DNA of 43,845 nucleotides from Craspedostauros australis (lineage: Eukaryota): the NCBI GenBank assembly GCA_030167865.1, contig JALAGF010006573.1, positions 1 to 43,845 of the forward strand, given 5' to 3'. The position numbers were made by a program, and so were the translations under genes. Positions 11,746 to 21,203 of this stretch are shown here, in pieces. Positions within the stretch are counted from its first letter, which is position 1; each line of letters starts with the position of its first letter. Under the pieces are notes generated by a model, which had not been told where the DNA came from, searched no databases, and saw only the letters and a list, made by a program, of their open reading frames with translations.

Positions 11746-12552
11746 CGGAACCGTCCCCATCCTTCTCAAGTGAATACGATCAATCGTGTGATCATTCTAC
11801 TCGCAACATCGTGAAGAGTTGCACCCTACAACACGGTGTATCGCGGTGTTTGTTTTCTGACTTTTGCAAATCTGAACCCATGCAGTAACACGCATATTTG
11901 TCGTGTTGTCTCCGTGTTATATTCCATCTGCAATTGCATGAGACCTGCAAGTTGCCTCTCATGCTCACAGTTCCAAGATCTCAATCTTTGGAGCTCGTCA
12001 ACATACTACCATACGAATAATCACAATAACCAACAACTACCTCACCAACAACAACGATCTGATCTCTCTGCGTTTTCGGTGCGGTACCCTACGACCCATC
12101 TTTGATTTCGTTCTAACAATATGCATGCATCCAAGTTGCTGTTGCAAAGACAGTTGCTGGTGTACGGTATTTCGGAGTAGAACTGAAATGCTATTGTAGA
12201 AAGTAGCAACCATATCATCAACTACAATGTTATACGATGAACGAAGTCACAATGGATGATATCAGGATATACGGGACTGATCATATGATAGCATGTGAAG
12301 AACACATCGGTTGGCACCACATTGTTTGTGATCTTCTCAACTGCTTGTTAAAACGCTAATAGAGCCCAAACAGAATGGCTGAGTTCTTGTTGACTTTGTT
12401 GTTAGATGTGTGCAGAGGCTTGATTGGCAAGCAGGCCTGAATATTAGCACAATGCTTTATTCACCTGATTCGTTTTCTGATTAGTCTGTTCTGGTATGTG
12501 CTGAAACGATGCTTTCCTCAGGCACATGATTTTTTGGAATAAGGGACACACT

Positions 12553-12797
12553 AGAGAGAACATCAGAGATTCGGTCTGGCCACCACCCGACAAACATGTG
12601 ATGTTCAATTCGACCTGATATACTTCCCAACTAAACCTGAAATGACACCTCCCTCGACAACCTCAAGCATCATCAATGGAATGTGGAATCGACAGAGCCA
12701 TGGAATGGTGATGAGTGACATTGACACAGGAGACATCATCGCCACATCATGGGTCATCTCCACAGAACAAGATTGCAGAGGTGCAATGACCGAGAGC
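12553..12797 (+). repeat. Diverged direct repeat, copy 1 (~245 bp)
   Basis: Colinear similarity with 14100-14345, including an exact TACTTCCCAACTAAACCT (12621 vs 14167) and shared gcatcatca.tggaat, ccatggaa, tgacattgaca, tctccaca and caatgac blocks. Confidence 0.8.
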
Positions 12798-13951
12798 TAT
12801 CCTTGAACACAGCAACACGAGATACATCTCAGTGAAGATAAAATAGAAACAGAAGTCACTCAACCCAATCAGTGTCTTCACTACACCAGCTCATCACCAT
12901 CGTCCTGGAAGACTTGATCTCTCTTGAAGGACTTGTGTGATTTCGCTGTGTACAATACGAGACAACGCAACTCGACTCTGCCTTACTATTCTTTGCTTTG
13001 CTTGACACAGCCACTCCCTCCGCAAGTAGAATAGAATAGAGTTCCATAACTTGTACAGATTTAGCGAGAAATGCAGTACCAGCTCTTCCAGAACTTCACG
13101 AAGATTGCGAGAACGGGAGATCTTGTTCGCATGACCTGCCACAAGAGTGACATCAACACTGTATAACCTATGCCTGCTCCTCCGCACATGTTAGACTTGA
13201 GGAATTGATTGTAACGTAGGAAGAACACACCCTTCTGCGATTGATCAGGTCAAAAAGGTGGCGTTCACTGGAAGGCTGTTGGACACTCGAATGCTATTAC
13301 AAACTTAGGAGTTGTGAGCTTACTCTCTGACCTCTGTTCATGTCCTTGCCTCTGCTCTTGCATTCCTCTGCTCTGCAAGCATCAGATAGGATCTTTACAT
13401 CTCTTCAGGTTCAACTTGTTTGGGTCAGTAGCTATCTCACAGTATCATTCTTGTTTCATGGTACCTTGTCTCTGGTACATCTTCATTTTCGTTTCTCTTC
13501 GAGCTATTCGCTTGTAATCTGACCATTGCATGGTTTGTATTGGTTCAGGATATGGTTCATACACACAACTAAGCTGGAACACGAGAGAGAGCTGTGCGGA
13601 ATAAAGCATAATGCTAATAGCACAGAAACCAACCGCTGCCTCTCTTTCTGCTGGTCCCATGGCCAATGATGCGCTGTGGTTGAGTTGGGCAGGTCCACAA
13701 GTGTATATTTGTCACAATGTGCATATGTGTAAGTGCATCACTCACCCATTATTCTCCTATACTCTACGCGCAGACGGCGCAACTACATTCGTATCAATAG
13801 TGAACTGTGATTGAACAAAATCACATCACGAAATCGAACACACAAAAACAGCCAGAATTTCTATCAGCACAAAATCGAATAGTGCTAAGTACGTTACTCC
13901 CGTAGCCCCCACTATCTATAAATTTCACTTGTGTTCGGATCAGCAATCGCA

Positions 13952-14022
13952 TCGCCTGTAGCTCAACGGTAGAGCACCAGTAATTCTAACTGAGGTTCCG
14001 GGTTCGAATCCCGGCATGGTAC
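13952..14022 (+). pseudogene. tRNA-like sequence (tRNA pseudogene, SINE head, or Pol III ncRNA); anticodon identity ambiguous
   Basis: A box TAGCTCAACGG (13959-13969); D stem GCTC/GAGC; anticodon stem CAGT/ACTG; T arm CCGGG-TTCGAAT-CCCGG with B box GGTTCGAATCC (14001-14011). The acceptor stem (TCGCCTG/CATGGTA) pairs poorly and the loop AATTCTA lacks U33 and purine 37. TATAAA lies at 13917-13922 and TTTT at 14028-14031. Confidence 0.8.
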
Positions 14023-14099
14023 TTTGCTTTTGCTCTCCCCTCGTGATTTTTTGATAGTGCTCTAATAATTTCAAAGGAAACTTGTGAACAAGCATTTCT

Positions 14100-14345
14100 G
14101 AGAGCATCAGGAATCCAGTCTGTCCATCAACTGACAGAAATACATGATATCAAGCAAGGATCAATGTACTTCCCAACTAAACCTCAAATGATAACACCCT
14201 TGCCAGACCTCTGCATCATCAGTGGAATATGAAATCTGAAGAACCATGGAAGACAACAGCTGACATTGACAAGATGTCATCATGTCACCATGCCAGCAGC
14301 TGTCTCCACATCAGATCAAGAAGGCAAAGCTTCAATGACTGAGCA
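14100..14345 (+). repeat. Diverged direct repeat, copy 2 (~245 bp)
   Basis: Same shared blocks as copy 1, in the same order and orientation. Confidence 0.8.
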
Positions 14346-17300
14346 ACATCAAGATCATGGATATACAAGGAGGAGTTTGGACAAGACATTGGCAATTACT
14401 TGTGGAGTAGTGGGCCAATAGATGTCAGGAATTGGGTGTTCTGAAACAACGAATTGCCGCACCTCCCAAGAGTAGAGATTCTAATGTCGAGAAGCTATAT
14501 ATTACCGCATCTCTCACCTGGATCTTTGTGACAGAAAATGTGAGCTACACACGTCCTGTGGCGGAGAACGCCATGTGCCGAATGCGAACCGGTCCATGAC
14601 GTTCATGGCCTCAATACAGGAATGTGAATCACGCGTGCATGTCGCAGGGGGAAGAGATGTTGGATTCGTGAAGCATCACACAATACACGTGACTACGGCC
14701 CCCATGTGACAACGAATGAGAAAAGAGTACTCGAGACAGACCTATGTCACAAAGTGTGAGATGGCCTGTGAACAAATCACTCATGACAAACCGGCAAAGG
14801 ATCGGTGAAGCATCAATGAAGTGATTGGAGAGGTATTGGAGAAGTATCGGAGAAGTGCAATGATGAGAAGCTGAGATAGCAATCATCCCAGCTGTCCCTG
14901 CAATGAATAGGAGGCTGCAATCCAATCAAATGGAAGGAGCCAAGTGAGACCTGTGATCCAGTGATGTCTAAGCCAACAACACTATTGGAGGGAAGACAAT
15001 GTGATGAGTGCATGGACATGGGGCACTCAGTGGTGCATGCATGTCCATGATGAATTCATGACAAATTGAAGATGAATGCATGCTAGACCAACAAATGAAC
15101 CCGTGGAGATCTCAGGAGAAGATTGAACTTTGAAATTGAGAGCAATGAAGAGCTCACAGTTCAGAGAAGTAGATTCTAACAAACAATTAGCTTTCTACTA
15201 TCACCACCACCCTGGATTTCCAACAAATAGAGGACAAGAAGACAGAGTATGTATTGTATATGGAGTACATATTGAGTATGGAATATTGCGTAGTACGAAC
15301 ATGCAATATTGAGAGAGAGAGAGAGAGAGAATATGAGCAATAGTGAGAGAGCATCTTGCATGCCAACTCATAGTCAGGAGACTCTGAGACAGAATCGGAT
15401 TAGCAACGCATTGAACTAGCAAACAGACTTGTAACCACCACCACCAACACCGTCGTACACAATCGCAAGAGCATCCGTGAGCAGGACTTACCAACACCAG
15501 TGCGCGAATTTCACCCAAGTTCCCCCAGGTCATGGTCGTGTGTGGACCGATTCACTGCAAATTACAGGATCATGGGAGTGAAGGAGAACATACCGGGACA
15601 TGACACAGACAGCGACGAAAAGAGGGTTGGACGCAACCATGGTACCAACTACGATGGTCTCGCATGAACTCTACAATCTCAAAGCGCGTACTATCAGGGT
15701 CCGTCGGGCGTGCTTCTTTTTGACCAGCACTTGATTGTTTAATTTTGTATTTATACCGCAGCTTCTGATCTGGGCTGAACGACAGTAACAGAGCGTGCCG
15801 TGCCAGTGTTCGGGATGTAACTTTTCCGATCGGAGTATTATGATTGCACAATAGATTCCTCCAAGGCGATTGTGATGGGTGCTGGTAGGAATACTGAAGT
15901 CCAGCCAGTCGGTTGTATCTTTTGCACCCGCAAGTGTTCTGGCGGAGTCCAGAGCAGTTCGACATCGAGCCGATGCAACTTGCCTCCCTTGTTCTGCTTG
16001 AGCATTCTCTGTCGTGCAATCGATCAGGTCTTCACATGGCGTTTGCTCCACACGATCGACGTGCTTCATTCAACCTATCCCTCTGCTTGTAGCCTGACGG
16101 TGCGAATCCAACGATGTTGAAGCGTCGCGCCATGCGCGTACGCACCTCCCCCTCCATTCATCGACGTCTGCCACCAAGGACTCATTTGCGCAAGGTTCGA
16201 GAATCGCGAAGATTCTGTGCTTCTTCCATCTGCGAGTAGTCTGCAGAGAGGCTTCAACATGTGGCGCCCCTCTCCGACATGCACGTCCCAGGAGCCACGA
16301 GCAGAGATGTGGGGAGTAGCTCGTGTACTTGGATCGGGATGATTGTATCATTGGAAAACACCGGCCTGCCAAAGCGTTGCCTTCCTGCCTTCCTTCCCCG
16401 ATCGTTGGTCCATTCGCTCGCAAGCTGAACTTCGGTCTTGGTCGACTGGCCGACGATCTGCCAATACTCCAGAGATTGCCTTATGCCAGCAGACGGAGGT
16501 GTTGCCGTAGCGAACGCATGATTGGAGAGGAGCGATCCATAGTCACGTCAGGATCACTGATCGGGCTCCTATTGATCTTGGATGCAGTTTGGCAAGGGCG
16601 ACGAAGGCCGAAGTAAACTACGGGCACGAGTATCATGGGGTCTTGGAGCAACCCAGCACCAAGTCTGGTATCGAGTCCAGCGTCATTTTCGGCCTTTCAA
16701 GAACAAAGACAGGACAAGCCAAGCGAAGGGTAGAGTGCGCACTCGGCAAGACTGGACGGATACGAGTATGGTGAACCCATCACATGGGGAAATGCAGAGG
16801 AGAGAGTGTGCGACTTTGTGCTCGTCGATCGTATTAAGGCAGTCTGGTGAACGAGCGAATGAGCGATCAACAAGCGAAAACCGAGATGGTAGCGACAGCT
16901 GACACCGACGCACCCCTTCATCGAAACAATCACACACTGGCCACTGCAAGGAATGGCGAGTGATTGAGCCAGAGAGCATCAGAGTCCAAGTTGAGTACAG
17001 CTACGAGTAGAGTAATTTGAGTTACTTTGCGAGTGCACGGTTCTCTCGCGCTCTCTCTCGACACGGCTCAAAACAAGTCTTGCTCATCCGAGGTGCCTGA
17101 TTCTTTGGCTCCGCTGCGCTTCTTCACTGTTGTGTTGTTTCGTGGTTGGTATGCGTCTCCCATTGTTGCAGGCAGGCCGTGGAGTGATGTGCTGGCAACT
17201 ATCCGTCCTCGTGAGTCAGAGAGGTTTCGGCAGAAGCGAGCAGCGTGTTCTTTTTGTGTCCATCCATTCCAACAAAGTCACAAACAAGCAAAAACATGAC

Positions 17301-19892
17301 AAACGTTAAGCAAAACTGACACCGTGAAAGAAGCCTGCACGCGACATTTGTGAATCCTACGAAAGGACCAAAACGTTGGCAAACAGCATCATTGTCATGG
17401 CCGAAGGACGATTTAGCGGTCCTTCAGAAACGTCGTTCGCGTCGGAACATCAATTGCGAGCGATGTTTGTGCCTCTCAGAATTCGGAAGGAGCAAGCCGA
17501 GATGGCTTTTCGTCACAAACACTTTTTCTATTTCGCCGACAACGACTTTGTGGATGGAAGCGGATTTTGGTCACAACACGAACAGTCGCAGAGAAGTGTG
17601 TGGGACATCCGGCCACAGCGACGATTGGCGCAGAAGGGCCACGCCAACTGCATCGAAGAACGGAGGCAGTTTCGACACTTCCAGTCAGCGCCAATTGGTG
17701 CGTCGACGAGCTATCATCTGCCCAACTCTCCGCGCGTCTCGACAGCGGATGTTGATGGCGGTGGGAGCATTGATGACAACGACGATGGCGACGATGACGA
17801 TGACGGAGAGGGGCAGATGATGGGCTTTGGTTGCAGGTAAGTGGAATGCGCTGCGTTGTTCGCAATTGAGGGACAAATGATTTCACGGCCAAGAAACGCC
17901 CGGTGTGAAGCAGGACGCACAAGCGCCCAAACGGCCTGAACATTACTTTTTCGAGCTATCGTATTCGTACTACTAGCAGAGTGCTTCACGCTCTGGTGGC
18001 CGGTGTGGAACAGCACCATCCGCAAGAGCGATACCCCGCCGTTGTCATGTACTGCGTGATCTCTCACCAGAAGGATCAGTCCAACACATCATGCGCTGTT
18101 GTGGGCGATACAGAGATGGCGCCCTTCGGGCCAGCGAAGGAACAACGAACTCTCTGTGAGGAATCTCTGTGCGGCAACATTGCTCCTGCCAGTTTGTTCT
18201 CTTATCCAGTGTTCTTCGTATCCAAACGACCGCAAGTGAGACGAGCACTGTTCCTGTTGTCCATCATCCATGGGCGATGGCTCTTGCTTCGTGATCATCC
18301 ATCACATGGAAATGAATGCCACAGCGTGCATTGTCTCCACACCACCAAGAGCGAGAGGAAGAGCTGACCAAGGCCGCCGCGAGTTTGCGTTGCTATCCTC
18401 CTCTCCAGCGTCGAATAGGTCCCCAGAAGACACCAGCCAAGGCCATCACCTCCGTGGCGCCACTTTCTCCTCCTCGCGTTGAAACGGATTGATCCATCGC
18501 AGCTGCACTGATGTATCTACCAATTCGACGGCATCAGAAAGGTGGAAACACGGAGTAATGGGACAGGAGAATCGAAACCTCCCAAGAAATCATCTCTCAA
18601 CAGTGGATGCTGGAATGGAACAGTACGCATGGGAAAGAATAGTTTCAATGGTGCAGTTTGTACTGCTTCATTAGTTGTGCTCGAAGCCATTACGGGCATT
18701 ATAGCCTGTGAAGCTGGTGCGGTTCCGCACTATTTGTCATGTTTTCTGATGCCTCATCTATACCAGCCCGTTGGATGTTTGGATGGCGCACAATCGTGTT
18801 TGTGCTTTGATGAGGTCGAGGCAACAAGAATGTGCAAATCCACGATAGTTGGGCACGCAGCATCGGCCATACCAACAACAGCATCAGCATCAGAGCCAGC
18901 ATCAGCCAGGGGTGCGAACATGATGCAGAGAGAGAGAGAGGCAGAATGAAGGGAGAGGCAGAAATTGCCTTCGCTGTTTCTCCTTCCTTCTTTCTCCCTC
19001 TTCCTTTCTCTTTGCGTCCTCCTTCGCTGCTTCAATTCCTACTTGTCGGCCTTCTTTCCCATTGTCCCTCGTTCACTGTCTCGCCTACCATGACCACGAA
19101 GCACATCGCGTTCCTCCAGCATTCCTGCGCAAGCCTGTACGTACGATGGAGCATGGCGCATACAGTACATCTCACTGCCTAGCACATCGTACACAGATAC
19201 GGACTCGTCCTACCTCTGTTGGCACGATTTTCCGGCTTCCGTTGGACGTTTTGATGTGTTCTGAGTGCGTAACGTCGTCCGATTTTGTCGCTGAAAGTAC
19301 CAAAAGACAGGGGGGGAGGATAATCCGTCCACCTAAGCAGCATTACGGGACTGTTGGGCCGAATGCGCACCTCGATTGGTAGTACCGATCGGTGCTGCCC
19401 CATTTGGTGTCCTGGCACGTGTGCGTCGTCTTCTGCAACGGTGCGGACGGAAGGGATGCGGAAGCCCCGTGGAGGAAAGCAACAACGATCATGCTCTGAT
19501 ACCAATAGAGAGTAAGCAAGATGCGCCGTGCCTGGATGGGAAGGTTGCGCTTTGCCGAAGACCTCCAACGAAGAGGAGAGGACGAGCGCGACAAGCAACG
19601 AGCCGCGTATAGTACCACGCTGCTTGCTAGCGCTTCTTTGAGCTCGACAAGATTGCTGCATTGAGTACGATCAATGTGTTACTTCCTATTGGTAGCACTC
19701 GCGTAGTAATGATAATGGGTATGGCACTGTATTTCATGTTAATGGTATGGTTGGGCAGGTTATGGTACTGGTATGTGTCTATTGGGGTCTTCTGTGAGCG
19801 TACTTCCCGATCTTCCTTTCGCTCTCCCCTTGATTGGGTTGGTCGTTGGTTGTTGATTGTTGGGCTGTCGCTTTCAACCAACAAGCACGGCT

Positions 19893-21203
19893 TCATCTTC
19901 GCAGCGGCTTCATGGAGTAAAAGTCGGGTTCCTGCCTTCGCGATCCGAGCTTGAGCTTGCGGCGATCGTCGCCCTGCGGGACGCCGACGCGTCGCATGTG
20001 GATGCAGAGCTGCGGACGGCCCTTGAGGAAGAGCTCGTGGTAGTATCCGCCCGTGTCCGGTCCGCTGGAGATGCGGGTGAAGCCGTAGAGGTTGAGCTGA
20101 CGCTGGAAGCTGCTGAGACGGGATTGCTTGAAGTACTTTGGCAGGACCTCCTCGACGAAGCGAGTTGGGTCGTGAACGCCAAAGGCCCGGCCATGGGCAT
20201 GCCACGAGACGATGTCGCTGTTGCCCTTCTCCTCGACCTCGGAGAGCATGCGGTGGAGACGCTCGGGGAATGGTTCGGTGACGCCTCCTCTGGTGCGTCG
20301 TCTCTTGGTGCCTGGGCTGTTGCTGGCGGCGCTGACCGCAGTCGCATCGGCGGCAGCCTGGGCGTCGGCAATGGAGCTCGCGTCGATGTACGGCGAGTTC
20401 TTCTTGCGGATGGAGTTGCCCAGAGCCGCAAGCGTGGCATCAGGGTTGGGCACGTTGTGGGGCTGCAGACCGATGGTGAGCGGGCTGTTGCGTGCCGCCT
20501 GCTGTGGTCTTGCGCCCTGAGAGAGGACCGATGCCGCGGTTGGCGCCGTTCTGGCTGCTGCTGCCGCATGCTGTGACATCATGCTGGCGGCGCTTGCTGG
20601 CGTCTGCGCGGTGAGGCCGGAGAACGGGTTGGCGGCTGCGTGGCCGAGCAGGGCTGCCGTTCCAAGCGGGTTGGAGACCTGGCGACGCAGGTTGGCGGCA
20701 GCAACTGCGCCGGCGAAGGGCGACATGTCGTCGGCCAGGGCGAGGGCCTGAGCCTGCTGCTGGATTGCCTGCGCTCGGTTGATTCGGAGACGCTGTTGGA
20801 TGGCGGCGTCCAAGGCGCTTCGGCGAGCGGCCAGAGCTGCGCCCGTGGGTCCTGCCGTGGCGATGCCGTACACGTCGCGCAGGATGTCTTGGGTGGGCGT
20901 TGGAGTTGTGAGGTCCGATCCGAAGAGGGAGGTCTGCTGGGTCAGGGAGAGCTGGGCCGCGGCGTTGTTGGCGTTGGCGAGGAGCTGGGAGGCCCTGGCG
21001 TTGCCGAAGAGGCCAGCGGCCGTTGCGGGGGAGGGGTGCCCGAAGGCAGACCTGCTTCCACGCAGCGCTGTTGCCAGAAGGGCCTCACGTGCGGAGATCT
21101 GCTCGAGCGGAGCAGTGCCGAGCTTGCGAGAGAGGCCGAGGGCGGCAGCAGGAGCTTCGGACGCTGCGCTGCTGGAGCCGGCCATGTTCAAGAGTGGGTT
21201 CAT
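19893..21203 (-). CDS. Heat shock factor (HSF)-type DNA-binding transcription factor, 436 aa, DNA-binding domain at the C-terminus
   Basis: HSF domain motifs PFPERLHRML..IVSW..HGRAFGVHDP..F...VLPKYFKQSRLSSFQRQLNLYGFTRI..G.D.GGYYHELFLKGRP at ~19916-20272. The N-terminus is Ala/Gln-rich low complexity, with a KRRR NLS-like motif. Confidence 0.95.
   Translation of the reverse strand: MNPLLNMAGSSSAASEAPAAALGLSRKLGTAPLEQISAREALLATALRGSRSAFGHPSPATAAGLFGNARASQLLANANNAAAQLSLTQQTSLFGSDLTTPTPTQDILRDVYGIATAGPTGAALAARRSALDAAIQQRLRINRAQAIQQQAQALALADDMSPFAGAVAAANLRRQVSNPLGTAALLGHAAANPFSGLTAQTPASAASMMSQHAAAAARTAPTAASVLSQGARPQQAARNSPLTIGLQPHNVPNPDATLAALGNSIRKKNSPYIDASSIADAQAAADATAVSAASNSPGTKRRRTRGGVTEPFPERLHRMLSEVEEKGNSDIVSWHAHGRAFGVHDPTRFVEEVLPKYFKQSRLSSFQRQLNLYGFTRISSGPDTGGYYHELFLKGRPQLCIHMRRVGVPQGDDRRKLKLGSRRQEPDFYSMKPLRR

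Larger units (their letters stand above)
12100..15450 (+). mobile_element. Degenerate repeat/retroelement debris (gag-like relics)
   Basis: By eye the tract is more AT-rich and CpG-poor than its flanks, with no long ORF. It contains a duplicated diverged segment and a CCHC-like motif CDECMDMGHSVVHAC at 15000-15044. Boundaries are approximate; no LTRs, TIRs or TSDs were identified. Confidence 0.4.

Noticed and set aside
13952..14022. Functional tRNA-Glu/Arg, or an amber suppressor (CTA is present in the loop)
   Set aside because: The acceptor stem is mispaired, and placing CTA or TCT at positions 34-36 destroys the anticodon stem.
9860..15560. Terminal inverted repeats or paired LTRs delimiting one intact transposon
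   Set aside because: I found no matching termini, TSD or intact transposase/RT ORF by eye; an N-gap at 10441-10470 also limits inspection.
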